Origin: Octopus sinensis | Taxonomy: Eukaryota | DNA: 64,000 nt | Assembly (NCBI RefSeq): GCF_006345805.1 | Contig: NC_043009.1 | Location: 34,038,001-34,102,000 of the forward strand | Direction: 5' to 3' | Shown: positions 37,260-51,957 of the stretch, piece after piece | Position numbering within the stretch: the first letter of the stretch is position 1 | How the letters are laid out: each line of letters opens with the position of its first letter | Notes under the pieces: generated by a model | What the model saw: the letters and a program-made list of their open reading frames with translations, nothing else | Databases searched by the model: none | What the model was told of the DNA's origin: nothing | Made by a program: the position numbers and the translations under genes

Positions 37260-38645
37260 GCAGGTACACTATAGAAAATTTAAAAAAAGATGTGAAAAGG
37301 TTATTCCATGATGGTTTTTCGGACAAGTTGGGTTGATGCAATAAATTTAAAGCCACATTTCAGGTAAAAGAAAATTCATTACCAGTTTTCACACCCAGAC
37401 ATAATGTACCATTTGCAGGAATTCGTGAATAAGGAATTAGACAGACTGGAAAAAATGGGAGAGATTGAAAAGATTGACTATTCACACTGGGCGTCTCCAA
37501 CAGTTTATGTTAAAAAGAACAATAAAATTTGTGCATGTGCAGATTTCTTGACAGGACTAAATGGATGTTTAAAACAGTATAACTACTAATTACCTAGCCC
37601 AGAGAACATTTCTAAACTAAATGGTGATAAACTGTTCTCAAAATTAGATTTTTCTGATGTGCACTTACAAATACAAGTGAAAGACGAGTGTACCCAACTT
37701 CTAACAATTAATACCCATAAAGGTCTGTACAAATTTAACCAGTTTTCACTTAGCATAAAAGTTGCTCCAGCTATATTCCAACAAATGATGGATATGATGC
37801 TTGCAGAGTGTGACTTCACGATGGCTTACATGGATGATATATTAATTAAAAGTGAATCCCACAATCAGCATGTCAAGCATGTGAAATGTGTTTTTCAAAA
37901 AAAAAAAAAATAAGAGATTATGGTTACATACTGAGTGAGGAGAAATGTGAATTTTCCTTACCTAAAATTAAATATTTAGGACAAATCATTGATAAAAATG
38001 GTTGTTGACCAGATCCATTGAGGGCAGATGCAATTAAAAATATGTCCCCCTCCGACAAATATATCTACCTTACAAGCCTATTTTTAAAAAATTTAATAAA
38101 CCAAATGTGCACAAGGTAAGTGCTCCACTAGATAATCTATCAAAAAAAGATAATCTATCAATAAAAGGTATATAAACTTAAAAAAAAAAGATTTTCTGAA
38201 GAAATGGTCATGAGAGATGAAATTCCCTTGGAAGTTTTTTATGACATGTTTGAGGTATCAACACCGAAACAAATTGAAACTACACATTCAAGTACCAGAA
38301 AAAGGAAAAGAATTGAAATACTGGAATTAGACCCTAAGTGTAAGAGAGATTAAAATCTGGGCAGGGTTTAATTAACAAAAAGGGGAGAAGTTATGGGAGG
38401 TTAATTCTCAAAAAGATGTTGTGGAAAGATCCTGACCACCCCCATGTAACTGAAAGTGGACTAATGCATTTCAATAAAAGAAACTATGCAAAGTGTTGGT
38501 AGTTGACAGAGGAGTTGATAGTAGTAGCTGACAGCATGGTAGTTGAGAGTGTAGTTGACTGTGTTGATCATGCATATTGGTTGCTGTGTTACTTTAATAT
38601 TGCAACTACATTTGGAGTAGTATGGAGTGCATTCTGTGTGAACAT
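37260..38645 (+). pseudogene. Gypsy/Mag RT remnant with pol C-terminus, PPT and probable 3' LTR
   Basis: WASPTVYVKK, APAIFQQMMD, YMDDILI; STRKRKRIEILELDP; PPT aaaaaggggagaag near 38377; downstream sequence resembles the 18622 LTR. Confidence 0.75.
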
Positions 38646-40849
38646 ATTAATTCTGCGAAAAGTTATTCTAGATAACCATATTCAAATATTTATTAGGGTA
38701 ATGCTATCTCTTCACCCGATGTGCACAACACATCATAACAGAATACTAATGCTCCTTTATCAGTATTTTCCTGCTCATCCACTTTTTATAAACTGTCAAA
38801 AAGTAAAATTATATCAATGAAAAACTATATCAATTTTCCTCCCCTGTCTTCAGACAGAGGAGGAAAATTACCAATAAAGCAGTAGTATATAAATTAAATT
38901 ATATCAATCGGAAAGCAGTGCAGGAAATATGAGTGAATCAGTTTGAAGTAAAAGGAGTCTGACCAGGTTCACACCTGAGAAACACCTTAAGCAAACTGTG
39001 AGTCTCATCAATTCAATTGTGTTGAACATATCGTGATGTTTTCAAAAACATGACAATTTGTCTGTCCCACCTCTTTTCAATCCTCACAACAATCTGGGGC
39101 TCATTTTCCCCTATGGAAAATATTGTTATAATGTATCCTGGATATAAACAGAACTATAACTGAAGGCTAAGAAACGTTCCAATTGGTTAGGAACATTTTT
39201 AGTTGGGAGCAGGAACAAACTGCAAGTCTATAAGAATCTGTGAAGACATAGCTATTTGAGTTGGTTGCTAAAGATGATGTGAAATGTTCAAGCTTTGCCC
39301 AACACTATGGCAATGAAAGCAGATTCTATTTTGGTTTCTCATTAAAGGAGTGGGAGATGGGTAAAAAAAAATTTAGTATTATTTCAGTGAAGGTTGATTT
39401 GGGTGAGTAGAAACAATTGTGCTGATGCATTACAAATTTGTGGGGAGGGTGTTATTCCAAAAGCCAGGAGAGAAAATAAAATAAAAAAGTGAAATTTTTG
39501 GAAAATTATTTCTCAGTACTTTGGCTGTTATTTCTGGCAAGCTGAATAATGATATTGAGGCCTCTCTCTTTTCATCTACTGGTTTGACAAACACCCACAC
39601 ATGTGAAAATGAGCAATAGAGTTTTAAAAACATCTGGAATATTGTATAGGCATGAGAAAATTATTCTAAAAGCCAAAAGGTAAAGTGGCAGGATTCTAGC
39701 AAAATCAAAATTTTGACATTTTTTTTTTCTTTTCAGAATCATATTCTCTACACTTTGTCAGTAGAATTCTAAAAAAGCATTTTTGCAAAAAGCATAAAAC
39801 AAAAAATTTGGGTGGGGACTGAAATTTTTAAAAGCTATTTTGAGAGAAAATTATAATCTTTTTTGTTGATAACAGGATTTCTAAGACATTCTAAAAATAT
39901 AATAATACAAAAGGGACTGAATGCATATTCAACATGTTCATCCCCAATTTCTTTTACCTTTCAACTATTTATATTCAATAATTGCTCATACAAACTACCA
40001 CCACCACTTTGCTTGGATACTACTATTTACTTTATGTTTATGTATGTGTGTATATCTATACACATATGCACACACACACATACACACACACACACACACA
40101 TATGAATAGAATAGATAAGAGAAATGAGGTGAGAGAACACATGTTTATTCCATTCATTTAAAACTGTTCCATAATCTTGCTACTTATATAATAGATATTA
40201 CATCAACATTCTCAAGCATATAAAATATAGATATAAATATGTCTGTGTGTGTACAGGGAGCTGAGAATATTCTGAAGTGATGGGAAGAGGCCAGACGGTC
40301 TTACCATTTGTCCCTAGGTAAGAGGTAGGTGTCTCATCTGGGTCATTATAGTCTGTGACTCCTTTTCCCCCTCCCACATCCTGGATGCTGCAGTAAATGG
40401 GAAGGTCATTGCTTCTGTAGTTGAATGGAACAAAATCCTTAAGTATCAGGACTCCTGAATATTCTTCCAGCCTGTGGCATTTGAGATGTTTGGAGGGACG
40501 GGAGCAGGTTTCTTGTCATCATGGCAGTTTTGCCCTATCAAGGGCAATCTGTCATGTGAAGTCCATGTGGGTCCTAGGCTGTTCCAATACCTTAGCCTTG
40601 CAAGCTCATCATAATGCTGCAAGCATATTGGCTTGCTTCAGTAGGTTCCATTGAACCATGTGTTGTGCTACTAATTAAAGTACTTTGTGTTGAATTGATG
40701 TTTTTTTTCTTTTTTTTCTTTTTTTCCTTTCTTCACTCATGTTTATGTTTTTTTCAGTTTGGGATTTGCATTTTAATGTGGTTTTGTATAATATATGTAT
40801 CATATACATACATCTTATATATGTAATTATTAAATCATCTAAATAATAT

Positions 40850-40906
<57 letters not shown>

Positions 40907-40926
40907 TGTGTGTGTGTGTGTGTGTG

Positions 40927-41223
40927 TGGAGGTGCAATGGCCCAGTGGTTACGGCAGCAGACTCACGGTCATAGGATCGTGGTTTCGATTCCCAGACCAA
41001 GCGTTGTGAGTGTTTATTGAACGAAAACACCTAAAGCTCCACGTGGCTCTGGCAGGGGGGGGGGCGATCCCTGCTGTACTCTTTCGCCACAACTTTCTCT
41101 CACTCTTTCTTCTGTTGGCCTGCTTGCTTAGCCAGTGGGGTGCCATCATTTGAAGGCTAAAACAATGCAAAGCGCATTGTGACCAGCGATGTGTAGCAAC
41201 ATCTGATAGCCTGGTCGGTCACG

Positions 41224-41228
<5 letters not shown>
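40927..41228 (+). mobile_element. tRNA-derived SINE
   Basis: A-box tggcccagtggtta and B-box gtttcgattccc followed by non-tRNA body; flanked by microsatellites. Confidence 0.75.
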
Positions 41229-41258
<30 letters not shown>

Positions 41259-41429
41259 TCGTTTAACGTCCGTTTTCCATGATGGCATGGGTCGGATGGT
41301 TTGACTGCAGTCTGGAGAACCAACAGCTGCACCAGGCTCCAATCTGATCTGGCAATGTTTCTACAGCTGGATGCCCTTCCTAACGCCAACAACTCCGAGA
41401 GTATAGTGGGTGCTTTTTATGTACCACTG

Positions 41430-41710
41430 GCAGATTCCTGAGCAGCATGATTGGGGCCCCCCTTTCAAGTGTTAAGCAGTGAGGCAGCATCCCAGATGGG
41501 CTGCAGTGAGTTCAGGAACTCAGCCAGAAAAACCACAACCCAGTCCTGATCAATGACAGCGTCGAGGAATTTGAAAGACTGCTCCTGCCTGGGCAACAGC
41601 TGCAAGAGATCCAAGTTGATCTTGTTGACAGCATCACTACGTGGAGCCAAGATGGCTCACTTACAGAGCCATCGACTGTTACTAAAGCTTGGTGCAATGC
41701 TTTGGATCAG
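41430..41710 (-). pseudogene. Helitron PIF1 helicase fragment
   Basis: LAPRSDAVNKINLDLLQLLP…AEFLNSLQP(S)GMLPHCLTLERGAPIMLLRNL. Confidence 0.85.
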
Positions 41711-44274
41711 AAAGACCATGTAAGTTGGAATTTCTTTGTTTTGACAGATACTTTTCCTTTTTCTTTTCATTACACCCTTCAAAATGATTGGGGGCATCCT
41801 TTTATGAAAAAACAGTTTTGAAAATGTATGAATTTTTTTCATTCATATAACCCCTCATAACTTTTTTATTTCTTTTGAATTTTCAGAAATTTTTTATGAA
41901 TTTGTGTTCTACATATAGGAATTAAAAGATGATGCAAAACCCCACCAAAAATTTATTTGGTGAGATTTAAGGGCTATTTAGCTGTTATTTTTAGCACATT
42001 TTATGCTTACCATATACTTACCGCCTTTCTTTGTCACTTGGACGTATTGATGTTTTTCAAAATCTTTCTCCCCATAGGGATTTAATCAAAAATTTCTGAT
42101 TTTTAAAAAATTTTAAAAAGAAATTTTTTTTTCATAATCGTATGAATTCCTGTGTGTAGCACACAAATACACAAACATTTTCTGAAAATTCCAAAAATAA
42201 AAAAATCACAAGGGGTTATATAGGGTGCTTAAACCAGAATTCCACCAAAATTAAAAATCAAAATAAAGGCTAATTAGGTCTACAGAAAAAAAAATGAATA
42301 AAAGCAAGTAGATAAAAAGAAAAAAGGCTGCTATGAGAAAAAGAACAGAGAGGAAAAAATAATAGAACAAGAGTGAGAGAGGTAAAGAAAGTCGAAGTTA
42401 ATGTTTATAAACTTCATGTATCAGTATTTTATACCTTGAAGTTAAAAGGGTGGGAAAGGTTGATAGCAAACAAAACCTTAGAGATGAACAAGGTAAAAGT
42501 TATAAAGAGTATTAAATAAAGTAAATTAGAAACATATGAAGAAATAAGGCTCAAACATGCAGACACAGTAAAAATTACCAACAAAATACAATGTGTTAAT
42601 GATCATTTCTGTCGGCCTTCACTTTTTGAAATTTTGAACTTAAGTGAAAATTTTCAAATTTGGTACATTGGTGAAATTTTTCACCCTGAATCTAAAGCTA
42701 TTATTCACTTGTCCCAGAAAAGTTTTAGAAAAATGTTACAGAGGTTTAATGTTTGATGATTTTTACCCAATCAGAATTAGCACTAGGAAGCTGGCAATTT
42801 CTGCTTGATGACAACATTACAACAAAACATTCAATGACAAAAGTTTTAATAAGTTTTAAGGAATAAGTCATGTGAAACATTTGAACAGGCATGTAATGTG
42901 AAAAATTACAAAGAGAAAAAGAAAAGGAAACTGTAATTGAACATTCAGTCGTGAAAAACGAAAGGGCAGATACCCCATATAACTCCTTACTCATAACTTT
43001 ATTCTTCGGAATTTTGTAAGAATTCCTGTGTGTGAAAGACACATACACAAAAATTTTCTGAAAATTCCAAAAATTCTTTTCTACTCTACACACAATGCCC
43101 AAACTTTTGGAGGTGGGAGCCAGTCAATTAGATCAACCCTAGTACACAACTGGTGCTTAAATTATCGACCCCGAAAGGATGGAAGGCAAAGTCGACCTCA
43201 GCAGATTTTGAATTCAAAATGTAAAGACAGACGAAATACTGCTAAGCATTTCACCTGATGTGCTAACATTTCTGCCAGCTGGCCACCTTGGAAATTCCAA
43301 AAATTAAAAAAGCTATGAGGGGTAACAGAAAAATTTATTACTGCACATAAAGACAAACTGCATTGGCCTTTTAGAGTCAACAACAGCAATAATTCCTCTT
43401 TTGCTGGGATGTAAACAAATGCCTCTTTAGTTCTAATTATCATCAGTATTTAATCCAGAATTCCTGAATCGGAAGTGGTTGAGATGTATAACTAATGCTG
43501 AAGTGATGGGAGTGGTGGGAGTTATTGCAGTGTTTAGTTACATATAGCACTTTATGTTCTAAGTACAAATGCTACCAAGGTCAACTTTGCCTTTCATTCA
43601 TCTGGGGATCAATAAAATAAAGTAGCAGTCAAGTATGGGAGTTAATTTAATCAACTAAACACATCCCCTAAATTTTAAGCCTTGTGTCTATATCAAAAAC
43701 AATTATAATCATTATTAGATTGATAGAATCCTTAAAGCATGAGATAGTATAACTTGTAGAATTTATTTTAGTTCTTTCCATTCAAAATAATCCACCATCC
43801 TTCTGAGGTCAATAAAATAAAATATTAATCAAGTACTGGAGTTGATTTAATCAACACCTGTATTTATGTCAATTTAATTGCCTGTTACCTCCCCAACAAA
43901 ATTTCTGATCTAGCAGAATCATTAGCATGTCATTTAGCAGCATTTTCTTCCATCTCTTTCTCTCTTGAGCTCAAATTCCTGCCAAGGCTGACTTTAGCTT
44001 TCATTCTTTTGGGATTAATAAAACAAATACAAGTTGTGCCTGATATCAAAATAATCAACTCCTCTCCCTCCCCACTAAAAAAACTTAAGGCCTTATGCCT
44101 ATAGTAGAAAGGATAGTATTACTATTCAAATGCTACTTGAGGTCAACTTTGCCTTTTATTTTTTGGGGTTCTATTTGGAGGAAAAGTAATAACCTTCGGT
44201 GGGGATTTTTGACAAATATTATGTCATTAAACATGGAAGCAGACCACAGAGAGTAGATAGCAGCTTTAATAATG

Positions 44275-46290
44275 TACCAGTCTAACAGTAATATGCTTAC
44301 TTTAATGATGATGATGATATTCAACATGTTATCCACATGCATGACACCAGCTAAGTCATTTGCACATTTCTCTGAATTACACACATGGAATAATACTGAG
44401 AAAATGTGGCACCTCAGAAATAATACACATGCAATTGGGCATATTTACTTTGTTTCACTGAAGGAACAGGAGCGATTCTGAGAGCTTTATTGCATCATAT
44501 TCCTGGAGCTACATCACACGAAGATATGAGAGCTATTAATGGTGTAGTTTTCTACATTTAGAAAGAGACTGCAGTGAAACTAGACTTATCAAATGATGAC
44601 TGTGAATAACCATCTGACTACGGAGTTTGCAAATGTTTCAGCAACTCCATATCAGCTGCAAATATTTTTCTGCTCAGACAAATTATTTACAGCATTTGAG
44701 AGGCAACTTTCAGATCAGATAACTGCTTTAGCAGCGGAAGATATCAATGATAGCATAGAACCACATACATTACAAAAAACTGAACTTATTTTAAGAGAAT
44801 ATGGTTGAACATCAAACAATTCTCCTCTCTATGAGTACATCAAATATGAATACTTTTAACATTAGTACAGGCAAACCATTCATTCTGCTAGATCTTAGAA
44901 ATTTTCCACAGATTGAACAAAAGAATTTCTTTGATAAAAATGTCAAAACTTAAATTGTGGTCAACAAGTAACATTCCAGATCATTAAAGAGGCAATTAAC
45001 AATTCAAAAGCAGATACTCAATCACAAAATTTTCACTGCTAAAACTTTGTTTATTGATGGGCCAGGTTAGTCAGGTAAAACTTTATGATGTCATTTTCTC
45101 TTATGTCCACAAAGAAGGAAAGATTGCAATATCAACTGCATTATCTGCCATAGCTGCATTGCTACTTGCTGGTGGGTATAATGGCTTTTTCTGCTTTCTC
45201 CCTTCCCTTCAATCCACTTAATGGTGTCACATGTAATGTATCCATACGGAGTGACAAAGCAACAATCATTCAGGCTGATGTTATAATCTGGGATGTTTCT
45301 TCCCAGAGGCATTGGATAGAAGATAAGGGATCTTATGAAGATGTTTAACTCCAGGTTTGAACATGTTCTATTTGGAGGAAAAGTAATAACTTTCGGTGGG
45401 GATTTTCGACAAATATTATGTCATTAAACATGGAAGCAGACCACAGAGAGTAGATAGCAGCTTTAATAATTCATCCTTATGGAAACATGTTAAAAGAATT
45501 TAACAGACAAAATACGCAGTTTAAAATCATATGCACAAAATTCAGATCAACACAACCAAATTCAGTTCAACAACTTTATACTCCATGTAGGAAGTGGTTC
45601 CGTTGAAGCAAATGGTGAAATTATTATACCCCAGGGATCTAATGTTGTTCATGATTTCAATGACCTCATTTTCTCAGTTTTCAGTTAAAATGTCATACAG
45701 GAATACATTACAGAGCCAGATAGACTTTCAAAGATTGTTTTAGTACCCAAAAATATTGATATTGATCTCATCAATGAGGGAAATCTAAAACTGTTTCCAT
45801 AAGGAAAAAAGGTTCTCTTTTGTAATGATCAATGTTAGCATCAGGATAACCCTTCAGAATTCACTACAGAGTACTTAAATACACTAAATATTTCAGGCTT
45901 ACCATCACACATATTAAAATTAAAGACTAATGCAATAATTCTCTTATAATTGACCAGGCTAATTGCAAGTGTAATGCTACATGTTTAGTTATTTAAGACA
46001 TTCAAGAAAAAGTCATTAAGGCAATAATAACTGAAGGTCCACATCACAGAAAAACTATCTATATTGAGAGTTACACTTTCTTCAGTAGGTGAAAAGCTAC
46101 CATTTACATTAGTTAAATAACAATTAAATTAGCAATGACAAGGACAAACATGAAAAATTGCTTTTACCAAAGCCCATATTCACACATGGACAAAGATATG
46201 TTGCCTTCTCTAGAGTGCCCACAAGGGTTCCAGGACTGAACAACAAACATTTCACAAAGAATGTTGTTTACAAGAAAGTTCTCATTTAGA
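44275..46290 (+). pseudogene. Helitron RepHel remnant (post-Rep region and PIF1 helicase)
   Basis: HAIGHIYFVSLKEQERF, GATSHEDMRAING, Walker A DGPG*SGKT, VIIWD, FGGKVITFGGDFRQI, EYLNTLNISGLPSHILKLK, YVAFSRV, NVVYKKVL. Confidence 0.9.
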
Positions 46291-47177
46291 AAGACTCTTC
46301 TGACAATGAAATATGAAACCAACAATACAGCAAACAGTATTTATCACCGCATCAGGTTTGGTGTCATTTACACACAAATTACAAAATATGGAATCAACAA
46401 AACAACAATTTTAAAAGCGTGGAGTGAATTTGAAGTTTGAAAGCAATCTAGCTTATTGTAACTATAAAATACTCAAACATGTATGGTATATAAACCTCTT
46501 TTTATCCTCCATTCTTTCTTTTTTCTTTCGTAATTGGGGTAGCTATGTCTCCCTATCTTCCTCTCTAACGGTCACTTCCTATCTTTCTAGCTGTTCTTTC
46601 TTAACTGGGTTACCATGTATCTCCTCAACAGCAAAAAACTTATCTCAATTCCTCTATTATACTTAAGCTTCTCACCACTCAAAGGATCTTGTTCTTGGAA
46701 AATACTTGGAGATCCCACTGGTGCTGGTGTCATGTAAAAATTGTTGACATTACACAGGGCACCCAACTGAAGAGACCATGCCACTGTGCTGGTGCTACAT
46801 TAAAAGCACACAGTACATTCTGCAAAGTGGTTGGTGTTAGGATGGGCATCAAGCCATAGAAACCATACCAAAGCAGACACTGGAGCTTGACATAGTTTTC
46901 TGTCTTGCCAGATCCTATCAAAGTGTCCAACCTATGGAAAATGGACATTAAATAATAATGATGATTATGACTTCTATTGAGAATGCACAAATAATGAAAT
47001 CATACTTATGCAATAACTTTAACATAACCAACCCCATCAAAAGACAAAAAGATTCAGCATAACAGCAATAGATTAAAAAAAAAAATAATCCAGGTAAAAA
47101 TATTTCTTTTATTTTAAGTTCATTAACTTTTTCATAATGTCAGTTTTAATAGTTTCTTTCAAAATTAGTGTTACTTC

Positions 47178-47805
47178 CATGTGTATATAAATATAAACAA
47201 ACATTTGTTTTTTATAAGCACCAAAATGCGTATTGTAATATATAAATAAGATGCTGATTTATTTTTGAAGACTCCAGCCAAATGCTTTACCTTTAAGCTA
47301 AACTACCCGCAGACAAATCAATCTGCTTTTTAGATACCATAAAGCTAAATGTACAACCACATGTATATAAAGCACTTGGCTAGAGTCTTCAAGACATGTG
47401 GGTTTGATTCCCATGGTTGATTGTTGACAATTTTTTCTGCTTTGTAAGGGTAATCTACCTGTTTCTGTTATTCTAATGGTGTCTCTGCATTCGAAAGTAA
47501 ATTATCATCTTATTTGCATCTTTCAATACATATTTCAGCACTTATAAAAAACAAATGTTAGTTTGTTTATATTTATATACATGTGGTTGTACAGTTAGGT
47601 TTACAGCATCTAAAAAGTGGATTGATTTGTTGGTGGGAAGACTAGCTTAATGGCAAAGTACTTGGCTGGAATCTTCAAGAGATGTGGGTTTAAGTCCCAT
47701 GGTTATTTGTTGACAAATTTTTCTACATTATAAGGGTACTTTACCCAATGTTTCTGCTGCTCTAACAGTGTCTCTGCATTTGAAAATAAATTATCATCTT
47801 ATTAC
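47178..47805. repeat. tRNA-like ~287-bp tandem unit with inverted flanking fragments
   Basis: 47370-47513 repeats at 47655-47803; 47178-47370 is the reverse complement of parts of 47500-47680. Confidence 0.75.
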
Positions 47806-48272
47806 TTCATTTGCATTCATTAAATACTTTCAGATTGTGAATAGATATCCAGTAACACAAAGAACAAACAATACAGATCCCTCACAGCTATTGTAAAGAT
47901 ACCAGACTCTCAGAGCATAATTTGTAGGATTTTCCAATGAAACAAATGTACCTGATGGGCTCACTAAAATGACAGGAATAATTTGAGGATTTTACGTTAA
48001 TCTAAGAAAATTCATGCATAACATATAAAAATTCCAGTATACTTTGATAATGCACATAGTATTCCTTTCAATAGCAGTCAAATCTCCTTTAAACCACACT
48101 TAAAGTGTAGAACAACCATCTTCAGATATGTTACATACACTATCCTTCTTTGAACACTATTCCCACCAGCATGCCACGTGTATACTTATGCACATATACT
48201 ATAGGAATATATGATACAATGATATAAAAAGTAATATATATTATCTTAAAGATAGTGTATTCACACCAGTAT

Positions 48273-48305
<33 letters not shown>

Positions 48306-49419
48306 CAACTTTTCTTTTCTTTGTTTTAGTCATTGGACTGCAACCATGTAAATAGGAGTTCTAGTTGAATGAACCCCACCCTATCCAAACACTTATTTTT
48401 TAAGCCCTATATCCCAGTACTTATATTTTAAGCATGGTACTTATTCTATCAGTCTTTTTTGCCAACCCTCTTAGTTATGGCGACATAAACAAACCAAGCG
48501 GTGGTGTGGGACAAACACAGGCACAAACACACACACACACACACACACAGGTATGTATACGACAGACTTCTTTCATAAATATAGTTTACAATAAAAATTT
48601 TATTTCATTTTTATTAAAGTACAGGAGAGGTTGGGAAGGTGAAAGGAGAGAGCGAAGTGTAGTGTCGGAATGAAACAGGACGCTAAGCTAAGAGAAGTTA
48701 GTATAAGTTGTGGGCATAACAGGGGGAATGAACAGGTAGAAGAAAGTAACAACTGAGAAATGAAAAGTGAAAAATGAAAAGATTGAAAAAATGAAAAGCT
48801 GAGGCAGTGTGAAAGGGCGTTACCTTGTGGTCTCTGTACTAGACCACAACTATGTTGCCTGAGATACACTAGCACGTTATTTTTATTAAAATACCGGTGA
48901 CTTTAGTGATTACTACAGTCCATCAGCATTTATACTCCTGACTGTCACTCACTCCCACACTATTTGCTATTTTAGTCTCCCTTTACCAGATTGACCCAAG
49001 AGACTCGGGACTCCCTTCGGTCACGACACTGACCATGGGATTGCACCTAGAAAGTTACCCTCCTTGTCACAAGTCTGAGCAAGGTGATTTATGGAAGACC
49101 AGCAGTCACCCATGCATACCGGCCTCTCCTCTCCACGCCACCAGTGTTATCCAAGGGAAAGGCAAAGGCCGATACAGCTTGGCACCCATGATGTCGCAAC
49201 TCATTTGTACAGCTGAGTGAATTGGAGCAACGTGAAATAAAGTGTCTTGCTCAAGAACACAACACGCAGCCCGATCGTAAGCTTGACGCTCTAACCACTG
49301 AGCCATGCGCCTTCACTGACCCAAGAGACACACATTGCATTTTATTATATGTAAAAAGAATATTTCTATATATTGCATACTCAACTTGTTGCCGGAGGTA
49401 TCACTAATTCTTTCAAATT

Positions 49420-49800
49420 TTTGCCACAAGGGCAGCTTGGGGAGGTGGGACGAGTCAACTACATTGACCCCAGTGTGTAACTGGTACTCATTTTATCAAC
49501 CTTGAAAGAATGAAAGGCTAAGTTGACCTCAGTGGAATTAGAACTCAGAACATAGCGGCAGGCAAAATACCTATTTTTTTACTGCCCACAAGGGGCTACA
49601 CACAGAAGGGACAAACAAGGACAGACAAACGGATTAAGTCGATTATATCGACCCCCAGTGCGTAACTGGTACTTATTTAATCGACCCCGAAAGGATGAAA
49701 GGCAAAGTCGACCTCAGCGGAATTTGAACTCAGAACGTAGCGGTAGGCAAAATACCGCTAAGCATTTCGCCTGGCGTGCTAATGACTCTGCCAGCTCACC
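49420..49800 (-). mobile_element. Tandem or nested pair of Meta-domain-like SINEs
   Basis: Two copies of gaccccagtg…gaaaggc…gacctcag…gaactcagaac. Confidence 0.8.
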
Positions 49801-49944
49801 AGCTGTTCACTTCCCTTGAACTAAGGTGGTACTTTCCAAATCCCAAGAATTTTTTACACACAGTCTTAGTAATGCTATTTTCTAGATATGCTCAATTTTC
49901 AGTTTTATTCCTATCATTTCCAACCAATTTATAAAGTTTTTTCC

Positions 49945-51525
49945 TTACTGTTTTTTGAACAAATTATTCAGGGGTGCTCTCAAATCATGCATATTCGGTA
50001 TGTATACCTGGTAGTAATTTGCAAGCCCCAAAACTGCTTGTAATGTAGTAATGTTTGTCAGGAAAAGCATATTTTTTATTGCACTTGCCCTTGATGAGTC
50101 TAGTCTACATCCATTTTCATCAATAATCTGCCCTAGATATTTTATTCTTGGCATAAAAAATTCACACTTTTCTTCACTGAGCTTAAACCCATAATCTTTT
50201 ATTTTTTCAAATACCTTTCTAACATGCTCTGCATGCTGACCATGAGATTCACTTTTTATAAGCATGTTATCAAGGTAAGCTATTGCGAAATCCAAACCTG
50301 CAAGCATAGTATCCATAACATGTTGGAAAATACCTGGTGCTACCTTTATACCAAAAGGAAGTCGACTAAATTTATACAATTATTAGTTATTTTGAACATT
50401 CCTCAACTGGTACCAGCAGGTATGCTTCAGATAGGTTCAACTTCAGAAAAAATTTTCCTCCATTCAACTTCATGAAAATTTTTTCCAGACTTGGTAAGAG
50501 GTAATTATATGGCAACAAACATTCATTTGACCCTGTTGAAAGAGCAGCACATACATAGATTTTATTTTTATTTGTTTTTCAAGACATAAACTGTTAGGGA
50601 TGACTATTCAGTGTTATCAATAATTTTCAATAACCCCAAACTTTTCATGTCTATCCAATTCTTCATTAACTTGTTTCAATGCTGCAAAAGGTACAGTGCT
50701 TTTTGGCTTAAATACCAGTATAGAATTTTCTTTTACTTGGAACTTCGTTTTTGTTTTGGCACAAGACCTAATTCATCAGAAAAAAAACTTCAAGAGTAAT
50801 CTTTTTTAATTCCTCTGATACCTTATCTGTACTGGCAGCACAACCATTCACATTTTTACAAAATAAAATTCATGGGGAGATCTCATAAGTTAAATAATTC
50901 CATTCAGTCTGTTCGAAATAAATTTGTCATATTATTCAGCACAAAAACTTTGGCTTTTAAGGTTTTTCCATAAAATGTAACATCACTTATCATTTCACTA
51001 TTAAAATGCAATTTTTTCCATGGGTTTCTGATTTTCTCCACATATTGTGATATCACTGCCCATATCCAACTGTAACTTCATATTCACATTATTGATTTTT
51101 ATGAACACAGATTTTCTTTTCTGAGCCTCGCTTAGATTTTTTTGTTGACAATACGTTCTTGCCAGAATTTTTTTGCTTGACCTTTCTTTTTGTTTCAACA
51201 CTCAAAACATTTTAGATTTTTAAGAGGACAGTTACATTTAAAATGTAAGCCTCCACACCCATAGAATAGATTAGGTCTTGACATTTGTTTTTCATTTTTC
51301 TTATCTATTACAAGTTGACATGCATGAATATGGGACCAATCTTTTTCTTCAATTTTATCCATATCATGTCTTAAATTTATAATCCTCTGGCATTCTTCTG
51401 CTACTACCTGTAGAGTTAATTTTTGGTCCTGTTCTAATTTTGTTAATATCCAGGAACATTATATCTGCATCTTTGTTTGCAGTTAGCCCTTGAACAAAAA
51501 TTAGATATTTGAACATGTCTGGGGG
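49945..51525 (-). pseudogene. Gypsy/Mag gag-protease-RT remnant
   Basis: PDMFKYLIFVQGL (gag), LQLDMGSDIT (protease), RLPFGIKVAPGIFQHVMD…YLDNMLI (RT). Confidence 0.9.
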
Positions 51526-51683
51526 TAATATAATACATATAATTACATATAATATTTCTATTATATGTAATTTTCTAGATGGCGTAATTTAATTGTTCAT
51601 TTTGAATTAATAAAAGGTGGTTTTGTTCTAATTTTATATATATATATACACAACAAATATGTATTAAGAAAATTGCATCTTTA

Positions 51684-51733
<50 letters not shown>

Positions 51734-51901
51734 ATATATATAGGTGCAGGAGTGGCTGTGTGGTAGTAGCTTGATTACCAGCACATGGTTCCAGGTTCAT
51801 TCCAACTGCGTGACACCTTGGGCAAGTGCCTTCTACCATAGCCTTGGGCCGACCAAAGCCTTGTGAGTGGATTTAGTAGACAGAAACTGAAAGAAGCCCG
51901 T

Positions 51902-51957
<56 letters not shown>

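Noticed and set aside
40930-41000. tRNA gene candidates (also 19690-19755, 47635-47705, 58785-58827)
   Set aside because: SINE heads or decayed tRNA-like pieces without complete cloverleaf and acceptor stems
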